Positions 37,183 through 50,602 of a stretch of DNA of 64,000 bases are shown here, in pieces. A model generated the notes under the pieces. That model was given only the letters and a program-made list of their open reading frames with translations, was not told the origin of the DNA and did no database searches. Every line of letters starts with the position of its first letter. Within the stretch, counting starts at the first letter, position 1. The stretch spans positions 7,750,001 through 7,814,000 of the forward strand of contig CM102286.1 in NCBI GenBank assembly GCA_046563655.1. Direction: 5' to 3'. A program made the position numbers and the translations under genes. Origin of the DNA: Yuukianura sp. NJ FZ-2021. Taxonomy: Eukaryota.

Positions 37183-40100
37183 AATTGTGTTGCGGGAGCT
37201 TTTTGTATCCGCTGTTATGAGTAGACCTGCTTCATGACCTTCTTCGATATTTTAGTAATATATCTTTTGGTTCTAATATATCTTTGTCAACTGAAGGGAA
37301 TGACTATTGATTAAATTTAAAAAACAAGAGAGGGAATGCAGGAAGGCGCTATTATTATTCAAACTGTTGAAAAGAAAATAAGAACGTATATGTCCAAGTT
37401 AAATGAAGTGAAGAGAGTAACTATTACTGAAACTGTAAAAAAAATGCTACCAAGGGTTACGTTACAGACTGTTACCCTACCCTAACCTAACCTTTACACA
37501 GAAAACAATTTATGAACTTTTTTTTTAAATTTAATCCAAGGCACGAAAATCTTGATTTTTTGATTTTCATTTACCTGTACTAGTGGTGATGATAATGCTG
37601 TTTTAGTGGATCAAGTCAGTGTCAGACGAGCAGTTTTTCTTTTGTTTCTATGCGCAAATTCACTTTTATAATTGAAACATGTTCGAAAATGGTTAATTCC
37701 TTAATTTTCCACTTTATTTCATAATTATTCATGATTATCCATTTAGGAATAATTATTCATAATTTTGAATTTTACTCACTTCATTCTCTTTGAATTTCTT
37801 TCAAGTAACTAGTTGTTATGTGACGCGTTACTAATCATAGCTTTTGTATAGGCTCTTATAATCCAGGTAGGAAATAATCATCATTCTTTTCGAAATGTCT
37901 AGAGTAGTTTAATTCAGCCGTTTGTAAAATGAAGGGAGTAACTACAATTCAATTTCAACAAAAACAGAAAATGAAAGAAAAGAAAAGGTAAAAGAAGTCC
38001 GCATGTACATGTACTGTAAGTTACATGTACATTGCTTAAGAAAAAACCCCGTTGAAACGAGTGAAGGGAGTAACTAAGATTCAAATTGTTAAAAAGGCAA
38101 AGGTGAAATTTAAACAGAATAGAGGGAGTAACTATTGAAAGTGTTGAGGTCTTTATTAGCCTCATATAATGGTTTCAAAAATTCAAAAAGGGAAAGGACG
38201 GTGGAAGGTATGGTTATTTTTTTCTAAAATAGCATTTCGCTACCAACTTTCTAAAAACAAAAAAAGTTACACGAAGCAAATTAGTAAAGCGTGAATTTTT
38301 CCTAGCATTTTCTAACCACTTTGACAGTTGACACGGCAGATGCCGGCTGGTTTTTATGATTTATAGAATGAATCGGTTTGGATCCCTTGGGCCTTTGTAA
38401 AATTGAAAGGAGGCAAAAAGTGAGACCTTAAAAGAAGTAGCAACATCCTGTGAACCCCGTTCTCGAATAAAAACAGATACACTTTAGTATAAAAAACTTG
38501 GGAGCCTTGGCATTTTTTATATCAATTCAATTCGGCTAAGGGCCCCCTTTTCAACTTTTATTCAACTTTTTATATGTTTCTGATTTTATGAAAGGGTGAA
38601 ACGAAACCCTTTGGTGATGTTCCTTATATAAAAAATTAATGTTTCCTCTGATCCTTCATTGTCATTTGGCTCAAAAGCACTGATCCCAACCGTCCTCCGC
38701 CATGAGGTTACACTTTAGGTAAGGTTAGGTTAGTCTGGTAACGTTAGGTTTGTTAGGTTAGTCTCGTGTGCTTCCGTGGAAGGCTTCAAGGGGTTTAAGG
38801 GTACTCCTCGGCTTGTGCCCTAAAGAAAAGAAGAACCATTTTTTGCCAAGTTCAATTTTTTATATCAAACAATTGGAATTTTCAAAGGGTACATGCCATA
38901 ATTCCCGTTCTGATTCCTCCGTTAAGTTGAATCGGATTCAAGGGATCCAATGTTGTATTGGCGTCATGCTTTTTCAGTTTATATCCACCGTTGAATCGGG
39001 CTTGATCATACTACGTTAGTGTTGGACATCCTCCCAGTACATGGTAAAGGCTTAAAGCCTCGTAGAGCCAGCATCGCATAAGCATTTAGAAGTCGAATGT
39101 TCGTTCCCCGAGTGGCGTATTCGGTTATGGGTTGAATTTTACAGAGATGAAGCCGCCTTCGATCGAATCGTATCCACCCTTTCAATTTACAACTTTGTCC
39201 AGGCAGCGTTCGGTTTGTCATGTTTATATTCTCCGAAGTGCTTCCGAACTTCAGCACTGGATCTTCAACTCTTTACTTCGTCACCAGAAACAGAATCGGA
39301 AGCAGCCTCGAACGCAGTCGCACGCTACAAAGAGTTCATTTTGCTAGGCTTTCCAACGGATTTGTACTGGAAATGGGAGGAAGGAATCCATGTTCCAAAC
39401 CTTCCTCGTCTGCCTCCAATTGCATTCGGGAATTCAGTCCTACAACATCATTTCAACGTCTACTGGAGCTCCGACTTGGAAATCTGCAAAAACAGAAAGA
39501 TTAAGTTAGGCTGGAAGGCTTGAAATCATCATGCCTGTTGGAAATTGTGATAAAATTTGTTCAGAATCCTTACGAAATCTAGGAAAAGTCAAGAATCGTC
39601 CAAAACCGAGTCCACTCGTTTGTGCGGAAGTGAAGTTCACCTGAAATTGAAACCAACAGAAATTGTTTAGAATCAAGATTTGAGTTCAATTTCCAAATTT
39701 CATTATTGGAAGCAATCAAGACACCGGAATGGATCATGGTGTGACTGATTGTCACCGGAAGTAAAATTGGATCTTAAATGTCAAACTGTGAGATTTGATC
39801 ACCTAAATACTCGCATGTTGTGTTTGATGTAAACTAGCATAGTGTAGAGAGCATGAAAAATTGCTGTAGTGAGCATGTTTGTTGCAATTTTGTGATAACT
39901 TTAAGTTTAGTTTTAGCTTTTGCGCCATTTTTGATAATTTCTGGACTTTTCAAGTTCAGACATTCCACAAAAAGTCTATTGCCAGACTAGTTATACTGAA
40001 GTTTTCAAGAATCTTTTATCTCCGTAAAAGTCGTAAATGGTTAACGTTAAACGTCGAATTTCAAAATATCGTTAAATGAATTCAAAAGTTGCACTAAAAC

Positions 40101-43100
40101 TATTTTTATAATTGAAAAGTTTTAAATTGTTTTTCAATTAATGTAAGGTTCCTGAAATTTAGTTCGTATTAGTACAATTTGTGAGAAAGAAAGAAATTGT
40201 TTAAGTGGATTACGAAAATTTTGGTTTTTCGGGGTTTTGATTATGAAACATCCATAACAGCAATCTGAAAATTTTCAGAAAAGTGAAACAGGTTTGAAGA
40301 GTGTTTGTTGAATTGATGATCTGGTAAGATGCTTGTTGAAAATTCATGTTTGCTTAGCCTACCCCTTTCAGTTTATTGTTGAGTCATGAAGTGGCAATTG
40401 AAAATTTTTTGAAAAGGTGGTCCGCTCGTGCCTCCTGTTTGATATAAAAAAGAAAGAAAGTAATTTATTATTCCAATTTCAACCCTCTCATCCCCTTATT
40501 ATAAAAAGTTGAATAAAAACCCTGGGTTGGGTTTTGAATCTTGCTTCTATTCAACCCGTTGAAGTTTCATCCCCTTCGGTTGAATTTGATATCATTGTTA
40601 CACATTAATCGAGTCCGGGTCCTGGTTCCTGGAGCGTGGATCCGATTAATTTGCTTTATCCATTGTTCATCTTTACACCAGTCACCGTTTTAAAATTGAA
40701 GGGGTTGAAATCATCGCACACGATCCGGGTATGCTTTTGATGCCCACACAAACTCACCTAACGACAAAATTAACACCAAATTAACCACATTTATATTTTG
40801 ATTAGCATAAGGAAAACATGAATAAAAAAATGGAACCTTTTACGGAATTGAAAAAAAATTCTCAGAACGAAAACCAGGTTTTAAAAAAATTACTTATCGC
40901 ATTTGTGATTTTTAGACAAACTAAACTAATTGTAGTTTAAACCACATGGAGTGTGTAGCTTAACACTATATATGTGATGTATTCAGCAACATCCTGGTAT
41001 GGTCCTGTAGAATCTCGTAATCTGCATAAAAAATATGTAACGTAAAAAAAAAACAATTTTCTAAACATTATAAGTAAAAGGACTTACCAATTTATATAAC
41101 TTTTTTGTTTGCAAGTGCAACATAGATTGGAATAATTTTTTCTTCCTGTCTTATGAAATCATTTTTTTCAGATTCACTGACTTCTGCAAATTGAGATTTT
41201 TATACATTTCAAAAAAGAATTTTGAGAAATCAAAATATTTTTTTTTCAGCAATCTTGAAATTCAAAATTTTAGCATCGCATTGGTATCATTGTTCTCACC
41301 AAGGGAGCGCTGACATAGCCCTTTACTCTTACTAATTTCGAAAGCTGTTGAATAGGAGGAACAGAATCGGAAAGGGACGCTACATTTTCGGTATTTTCCG
41401 TGTCCGCGAGATTGGTACAAAAAGCCCACGCCGTTTCCAAAAAATTGTGAAAAAGTAAAATGAGGATTTCAGGGCACAACTGAATCTACCGGCGGCACAA
41501 AAACTTTCGAACAGATGGAGCAGCATTCCTAAAAATTTGAGAGAAAAATTAAACGTTATAGAAGGCACAGATGTACAGCTTTTGCTCATTAATTCTTTAT
41601 GTGCTTGTGAATTTTCAACTAAAAATTGTAAACTAAAAATTATTATACTCTGCCTTTTATTGTTGGCTTATTTTCACTAATTCCAGACTGAACACTCAAT
41701 CACCAAAATTTCAAAAATATAAGATCAAAGTATAACAATTAAAAATAAACGAAAAGTTTAAGATTTTTACGTAGTAAACTCATCAATGAAATGAAACACT
41801 GCAAACCTTATTTTTTTTCATTGACTATAACTTCTGAAATGCTTTTATTCCAATTTTATTTTTCATCGGACTCGCTCCATACGCTAAGGCGAATTAAAAA
41901 AAACTTTAATTAAAAAAAAATTTAAAGAGCATGCAAAATTTAAGTGATAAAAAGAAATTCAAATGAATTTGTAATTCGTAAATCTTCGGTTGCTGTAAAA
42001 AAAAAAAGGAACATAAAGTAGCGTCCCGGTTAAGATATTTTACTCCTAGGAAATGTTGGCTTGCTGATTCCGTCAGAAACATGCTTTCTCCCATGCACGC
42101 TTCCTTTTAAGTGAAGTTCCTTGCATCCATGTTTCAATTCGCAGTAGGCAGGAAAGGAGCAGAAGCATCTTAAATCACAGCATGAATAATTTGGAGGGGA
42201 AAGGAAAGTCTAAAAAGCATTGCTGCATAAACCTCTCTCCTCCTTGACATTATTCTGACCTCCAGTAGCCTTGTAGAGGGTTGGCAGACGAAAGGAAAAG
42301 GCGCTGGATTTTGAGCATGAGGATATACTTTAACTGACCTCATAAATTTTGATGCCTGGAGATTTTAGTTCATCCGAGGAAGCCCCAGAGCGTGCTACAC
42401 TTTATCCTAAAGTTCTTACTTTCTGACTTCTGCTGACCTCAGCTTCGAAAGGGAGCGCGGGAAGTCCTAGTCGTGCGGAAGTGAAAGGTTCATGTCACTT
42501 TACTTTCTCTCTTTCGAATATTCATGGCTTTTCAAAAACTCCCGCAGTTTGGCTCCTATACAAAGCGAACTTCGCGGGAGGCAGTGCTACAGTGTCGGTC
42601 AGGTTTCGAAAAATTCTACCCTAACGTTATACCAACCACTAATCGCTATTACCCCTAACGTAACAAAAGTTGAGAACTTTTTTTTAAATTACAATCTCAG
42701 TGCAAAAACACAGTTTTTTCAGAATTTTCTAAAAGTTTTCATATTTTTTGCAAGGTTGGACAATATGTAACCCTTTTGCTAGAAACGTCGATATGGAAGG
42801 GTTCGGCGGCTGTAAAGTCCATTAGCGCTGTGTTCAGAGAATCAAGGCATTCCAATTTGTCATACGCGTCGTACGAGGTGGCCTTTGACCTCCGCGTGAC
42901 TGTTACGAGGGTACGCTGGGTTACGCTAGGGTGTTCAAGACTACACTAACGTTTTTGTGGAAGATGGTAATGATGAGTATGCAAAGATAAAAGGTCCTCT
43001 GGGCTGTCAGAAGTAATGGAGGGCCTTTGGAATCGCCCTGTCTCCGCAGGATAATGTATTACAATCCAGGCCTTTCTCTTGGGTGAAAGCCCAATCCCAA

Positions 43101-46100
43101 AGCCCCTTCCCTTCAATTTCCAGAAACAAGGGAGAAGAAGGCCTGCCTGTCACAAGATATAATGAAAATCCACGTCTTTCTTCTTTCTCCTTTAGTTTTT
43201 CTAACCCAACCTAAACCTTAGAGCCTCTGTTAGTAGCATAGGAGGCAGAAATTGTTAAGGTTTAGAAGGGGAAGAGAAGGCGGGGATGTTCTTAAGGATA
43301 TCTTTTCTGCTGTCACTCCACACTCACACTTTCCCTTTCTACTTTCACCCGAAGCCTAAGATAAAAGAATACAAATCCCATTCCTTCCACAACCTAACCG
43401 AAACAACGGGAACTTGAAAAGAAGAAAGCACTAGGAATAAGAGCGACTCAGGGAAAAATTACACACTCAAAGGCCGTTTTGCAAAGGAAAGAATCCCATC
43501 AAAATAATCACAATCCGCCGAACGAAGTCCACTGAAGTGTCCAACGAATCCAAAAAAAAAAATTCGGTAGGCTAAAGCTCTCCCGGGCAAAACCTCTCTC
43601 ATTCCTTTTCTTAAATCAAAGGACTTGGAAACAGGAGCGGGAAAAAAGTTTTCAATCATGTGAATGCCTTCAGCCCCTCGACAACTAAAGGCAGCAGCAG
43701 AAGCAGCCCAGTCTTTCTTTTGATCTCGTTTGAAACTATACTATGCGCTTGACTTTGACTTGATCTCATACTATAAACAAGCATTTTACTTTTACCGCTT
43801 TTTTCTTCTTCAAAGCTTCAAAGGCTCGTAGGATCATGTAAGTGTCTGGATTCTTAGAAAGAGGAGACAGGAAAGGGATAAAGTGAAATAGAATCAAATG
43901 AGATTCGGAAGATTCCTAAAAGTCACAAGGCTTTTTGTGAGCGGGAAACGTTAGAACTTGGAACGAAAAAATAACATAAGAAGGAATTTAGACTCGAGCG
44001 CTTTCACTTTTGAAGCGCTTTGGGTTTCAATTCAATTCAAAATGGTTTCCGGGATGAGAGGAAGAAAATTTCAGAAAATACCGGGAACTGTTCTTTTTTC
44101 AAACGACTAGAGATTTTGAAATTCAGCTTGTACCAGAGAAGCTTTTTTTCTGTAGAAGATTTCAACTTTGAGAAAATGATTTGGATTAGAAAGTTGGCTT
44201 GAAATTGGAGAAATGAAAAGTGAAATTTCAAACTTTCTCGTTCGTTTTTAAAAATCTATTCCCATTCTTGCTATAGTACTGTTTCATCTGAGAACTCAAC
44301 TTTGACTAAATCCCGTTCAGTTTCATTGCCCAATCTTTCAAATTGATGAGGAACCATTTCCAAAAACGAAAATGGCCAAGAGGAAAGCTACTTGAGATTC
44401 TTGAAACATATTCCATACCAAAGAAAAGTACTTTCGATGGGAGCTTTTTTACTTTCACAATGAAAATCCTAACTTTTAAAATCCAAAGCCATCCGTTTCA
44501 AATGACTGAATAATCCATTTTCTTTTCCAATAGGATTTATTTTTATTTCGAATTCGTTTCCAATTTTCAAAAAATTTCCTACATCAATATTTTCAGCCGC
44601 ACGTCTCAACTCTCTAAGTTTGTTTAATTTACGATACCGATTTTTTTCGTGTCTTTTTTTGAATCTACTAACTCTGAGCCTGAGCGTAACTTGAAAATTG
44701 AAAATGCGCCCCGCGGTAGCGCATTACTTCAAAAAAAGTTGTTGTTTTTTTTTGGCAATTATAATTTGAAAAGTCAGAAGAAGCTTGTCAGAAGCACAGA
44801 ATGGGGAAAGTTAGAGAAAGTAAAGCTTGTATCTCCACTTGCCTTAATAATATATACTTGAATGGACAGCCGGGAGGGATAGTGTATCCTCTAAGTAGGA
44901 AGTAGTTTGATCGTGCAGCATTTCAGTATTTCAGAAGCTACTGGACCATTTGTGATGACCCAGCATTGGACCCTATCTTATTCCAAACCGAGTAATTCAT
45001 ATTTCCCAGCAGAGTTTTCCCTTTCTGTCCAACAAAATAAGATCTCAAAGTAGAAAAAAAAAACTAAGAGAGAGAGGCTAAACCCACAAAGTTTTCATCT
45101 TGTATGGAACAAGATTCGAAGGGAATAAAGTGGAGAAGGAGAGTTAAGATGAAGATGGAAATCGAATGGGAAAATCTTGACCAAATTTGCTTGACCATCA
45201 AAGTGGAAAAGGAGGATCGAAGGGAACCCAGGGAAGGAGAGACTACGGTTCTATCTGAAAATGAAGAAAAAACGAAACGTTGGGAGTAGAAAAGTGCTTC
45301 CATAGGGAATATGTATTAGTATTACGGTGCTGGTGAAAAGGAAAACGAAAGGCTCTGGTCCTGATCCTCTTACGCATCGATGTTAGTCCAAGTATTTGTA
45401 TTATGGAAAACCAATATAAAACCTAACCTAACCGTCTCCAGAGACCTGCTCTCGTATTCCTCCCTCGTAGGTATCATATGTAATGCATTATAGTTGTCGC
45501 CTAGGACCTACAGTAGTGGCCACACCAATTTCTTCCGTAGCTTTTTTTCCCTTTTGTTAGTGAAAGTGGTCAAGTGAAAGAAATAAAATCGGTGAAAGGC
45601 TGGCCATCACTACGTTATGTTAGGTTAGAGCCTTGTGTATGTGTGAAAGCCTCTTTGATTATCGTCCAAGGCTTCAACAAGCGAACTGGGAATAGGATTC
45701 AACTCCCTGGAAGATTAGTTTTACATTCGCCGTCTTCACGATGCAGCAACCAGCTCCTTTTTTTACTCTTGTTGCGATATCTCAGAAAAACAGACAAATT
45801 GGAATAGAATAGCAAAAGAAAAGATAGAAAGTGTAAGACGCAGGGAGAAAGTTCTAAGGGCTCTGGACACATAGTACTCTAGTACACGATCACAAGAAAA
45901 CCATTTCCGAAATTTATCTCTTTTTACAGTGCGAAAAATTTTGGTTCTGAAATCGGAAAAAATATTTTCGGTTTAGACCGAAGCCATTTTTGTGAAAAAG
46001 AAAACATCTCTTCTTTTTTCGAGTTTGGTTGTTTCCTGACACTTTTTGTTTTAAACTTTGTTCTCATAAAAATTTAAATCAGTTTTGGCAATAATAATGC

Positions 46101-49100
46101 CGAAATTACTTCTTTTGATGTTGATATTTAGCAATGTTGAACTATGGTGTTGCAGCTTATACAGAAGAAAACTTAGAGGTAACAAAAATGGTGTTTTTTA
46201 AACATTTTTTTTAAAGCGAAAGGAGTTGTCAGAAAACAGAGACTCGTTTGATGGCGCTTTTGACTTGATTGGATTTTGTTGTTCAACCTATCTTGTTTTA
46301 AAACAACTTTTTTTTTTAAACTCGATGACAGTAGGTGCTGCAAAAACTAGATTGGGGTGCAGTTTGTGTTGGAATTCGTTTATTCCGTTTTATTGTGGAC
46401 TTATCTTTTGGTGAAAGTGCGGAGAGACACATTACTGGCTGCTGAGGCGGGAGTGGATGCTCATTGTATTCTGGACTATGGAGCCCATAAATCTGGAATC
46501 GAATCAAGAGTGAAGTGTAAATGAGTAAGCCAGAGGGTGGGCAGAAAGTGGAGGGAAAACAGTAAAAATAAACTCAATTCTCGTTTCTTTCGGGTGTAGC
46601 TCAGAATTGCTGAAAGCTAGAAATTTGGTGGATGCTCAAGTGCAGGAATGAAATGCAAGGGAAAAGGACTTTTTCAGAGTAAAAGCTATATCGTAGGCAG
46701 AAAGAAGACAAATGGAAATAATGCAATGAATGATTTGTTCACTTGACTCTCAAGATCCCATTGTCCCGGCGTCCCTGACTCTCAATTTTCAAGTATTATT
46801 TTATGCCTAGTGCTCAAGCGCAGTTACTTCCTTCCATATATTTGAACTATCAATTCTAAGTTATGTCACCCTGAGGGGGAATGCTAGCAGTGAAAGTGAG
46901 CTTTCACTTTTTTCAAACCCATTTCAATTTTATATTTATGTATGACTAAAGTGATCTCATTTCATCACTGACGAGACGGCATCTGGCAAGTTTTTAACCG
47001 CAAATGCAACTTCTCATCAGAAAGTTGTTGACATATTGTTATTGATTTATTGTCGAAACAAAGCTTATGCAATTAAACGTAATCCAAACAACTTTTATTG
47101 CTATCATGTTTCAATTCCACCAATGTTAAAACACGAAACTTTTCTAAAACGTCTTCAAAAACAAACTCTAGCATTTAAATTAAGCTGAGGACGGTTTTCT
47201 TGCTTAAGGTTGGTAGGAAGTTGAAAATACGTTTTTTAAATGCCTCAGAAGAATTTTTTTCTATTTGTTCCAACGCAAAAATGCAAAAGTTTATTTTCAT
47301 TTCAGATACAGCAACTGAACTAACCCTGACCATCAGAGTTTAGTTCGGAATAAGCAATGAAGCGTATAAAAGTGAAAGTGAAGTGACTCCAGTTGAAAAT
47401 TTAGTTTACGGTTGAAGAGGGAATGGGCTAGTGCAAGGAAGTAGATTCAGCAGAGGGGGAGGTCAGTTGAAGGAAGCTGCGATGGCAATAAAAATTGACA
47501 TTCAAATTCCGGCACTGCTCCATCCAATCCCCCTTCCTCTCACGTATTCGCTTGAGTCAAATGGAGAAAGTTGGACATGGAGGGTGGGCAAGGAAATTTA
47601 ACTTTCCTAGCAGCATTACTTCTATTCCAATTGCCATGGAACATTGGGCAGTAGGGATTCAGTGGAACAAGGCTGGAGTAATACATATGTATGAACAAGG
47701 AATGAGGAAAGACTCCTACAGGGATTCATGATCTTCCTCCTTCCGCTTCTTTACATGAGTCTCCTCCATTTCTTAGATGTAATTCTAGAAATAAGGAGTC
47801 ATGAACTGCAGAGCTGAAAGATGTAAGAAAGGCCATTTCAGGATTTGGAATTCCGAATTTCGGTGTGGTCTTTTCCAGGCTTTTGCTTGTGCTGGAGCAT
47901 GATTCTTTCCAGCAGCCCCAAGTGAGAAAATCAATAGGAAGATGTAGCAGGAGAAAGCATGAATGCAAAAGCCTTCCCGCCTGCAATAAAAACCAAATCG
48001 TCTCTGAATCTCATTTTGAGAGACTTTACCTACTGCCTTTCACACCCAGCTTCCCTTAAGGGCTCCTGCGTACTCCGGAGGCTTTACTACATATCCTTAC
48101 GAGTTTTATGGATTCTGCTAGCTTCGGAGTCGACGCGGGAAATTTTAGGATGAGAAATCTTGAATGCCAAAGAAACTTTCCTTTTGGAATAAGGACGAAC
48201 GCTGAGGAATTATGTGGAATAGGCTAGTAAAAGTGAAGGAAAATGCGTTGGTTTCTTTTTGTATGTTTTGGTCCAGGGCGTTTATTAATCTTGTGCCATG
48301 TGGAGCTATATGCCACTGGCGTGCTGATGACAAGAGAAATTGATTTAATAAGGAACCAAGTGGAAATGAAGTAGAGGCAGCAGATGGGCATGTTTAGGAA
48401 CTAACCAGTTTTTTCTGAAACTTGCATATTGCTGTTTCTTGCAAAAGAAAAAACAACTTCCAAGAAATTAAAAGAAAAACAACTTTCTACGTCTGCCGAG
48501 TAAATACCGCTTTCAGTTTGAAAGATTTTAGGTTCTGTCTCACAAAAACAAAAAACAAAAAAAAAAAAAAAAATAACAATATTAAAATCAAAGTATAACC
48601 CCAACCTTGAGATTCACAGAAACACTTTTAGTTTTGAATTTCAAACTTTTGAAATTTGTTTTAAAATTTTTTAAAACATCTTTGCTTGCAATTTTTAGCT
48701 TTGAACGACACTTTGCGAGTGTTTTGAATTGATGATGGCACTGTGACAGAGCATTGGATTGGCTGTTTTCCACCAATACGCGTTTCCTTTGATCTGATCA
48801 ATAGTCAGGATCTGTAGGAAGTGGAAATTGGACTTTGAGATGCTATAGTACACTGGACTTTGCTGCATGAATGTCCATTGGAACTTTTCATACATAAAAG
48901 ACAGGAGCGGGAGGGGAAAGTGTCAAGGAAAGATGCGTTCAGAATTTTCTCAGATACAGTTCCCTTAGAACATCTCAGCATTCCTTTTGCCTCTATCTCA
49001 TCTCCTGTCAGAATCCTCTGGAAGACAGGATTTCTTTTCTATAATTCTCTCCTCCCTCTCTTTCCCGCACTTTCTTCTCCAACTTTTATTGTAATATTCA

Positions 49101-50134
49101 ACGGCGCGTCACGGAGGCGGGTGTCACTCAGTCCATTTCCGATTCCCGGCAGTCAGACGAAGAAGACATTCTATCAAGGGAAAGTGGAAAAGTGTCCATC
49201 CACTGCCCTCTTCGTCTTCCGTGCTTCAATTCTTCCTCCTTCCGCCTCTCCTCTCCCTTCTTCAATTTTTATAACTCTCGCTTCTCCTTCAAGTCCATAT
49301 TTTAGTCCAATTTCAATGGACATTTCACCCCGTCAAACCATTCTCCAAGATATACGATCTTCCGAGACCAGGAGCACGAACACTTTTAGTTCAACATTTT
49401 TATTTCAAACTTCCAATTGCTTTTATATTACTCCTGAATTCTGACGTTTCTTCATGTTGTAAGAAATAAGATTTCCTTTTCTCTACTTCTGCTCAAACAT
49501 TGTTTCAAGTCGGCAGTTTTTACAAAACCTTCTTAACCTTAAACAAGAAAAGTATTAAAAAAGGCGTCATAATTCTTTAATAATAAAAAATATGCACATT
49601 ATTAAAAGTTTGCTCTTTTCTTTCCAAAAATCAAAAATCTAGTTAATTTTTTTTTTCTGAAATTTTGATTCCTTGAAATGTGAAATCACGTTTTTCATTC
49701 ACGTTATTTGTTACATCAGCGATGGTTTTTTTCACGTGCGCACAATGGATTGGCTTTTCTGTCTCTGCGTGTTAACACTCAAGTATAATTTTAAAATGTT
49801 GACCAAAAAAATAGTTTCCTTGTCTGACTGAGTATAAAACACAAACAAAAATTTTAGGTAAAGATCAGGACTTCATCGACGCAACGATGCAAAGCGTGGG
49901 AGCACAGAAAAGCCTAAGGACTGTTTTTTATACGATGACATTTTGAGATATACTTGGTAATTATACTAGGAAGCTGGAAGAGAAAGTAGCGAAAACGTGA
50001 CAATTATAATGAGGAACGCGGGAAGCGGACAAAGTTACGTTATTATATTAATGTCGTCTTTCTCTCTTGTCACATCCTTCGGGAAGTTTACGTTCTGCAA
50101 GGGAAAGAATAGGAAAATGTGATGATACGGAGCG

Positions 50135-50487
50135 TAATAAAAGCACTGACTGACTTTTAAAATGTGGACTACTCGACTTCCGGTCCGAGTATCCTCATAC
50201 ACAATAATTGAGAACTCAAAGAACTCAGAGAAGAAGACGGAAGGTGTAAATGATTATTAATTTTAATTACTTGAATCAATCAAATTACACCAATGAAGTG
50301 AGAGCTCAAAACTTATATCCTTACTGCTCCACTTCTTCCTATCAACTTATACTTATGAAAAAATGTATCTCTTGGTTAGGATTCTGACAAATTCAAAAGA
50401 CAAAAAGAAACCTAACCGACAAAAATGCTATTTTAAAATTAGAGCCCTTCAGGCTCCTCCCATACAGAAAGTCTCACATTTCTAACA
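50135..50487 (-). repeat. 3' LTR
   Basis: Direct repeat of 56132-56484. Reads TGTTAG...TTATTA on the minus strand. Confidence 0.97.
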
Positions 50488-50602
50488 TCTTCCCACCTTT
50501 CTTTGACGGGAGTTAAAGAAACAATTAAAATTTAAAACTAAATTAGCCAATTAAGGAAATAAATGAAAATTAGTCAAATTATACAAAAATTCAAATTAGA
50601 AA

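Larger units (their letters stand above)
34725..38140. repeat. Diverged second copy of the rDNA spacer, interrupted by DNA-transposon remnants and not followed by rRNA genes
   Basis: 34725-34940 matches 29832-30050. TAGTTACTCC motifs run to ~35400 and GGGAGTAACTA motifs recur in the opposite orientation at ~37290-37430 and 37930-38135. Confidence 0.7.

Noticed and set aside
42000..50100. Many 60-194 aa ORFs, including 48860-49444
   Set aside because: Low-complexity, no motifs and no consistent exon chain. Treated as non-coding.
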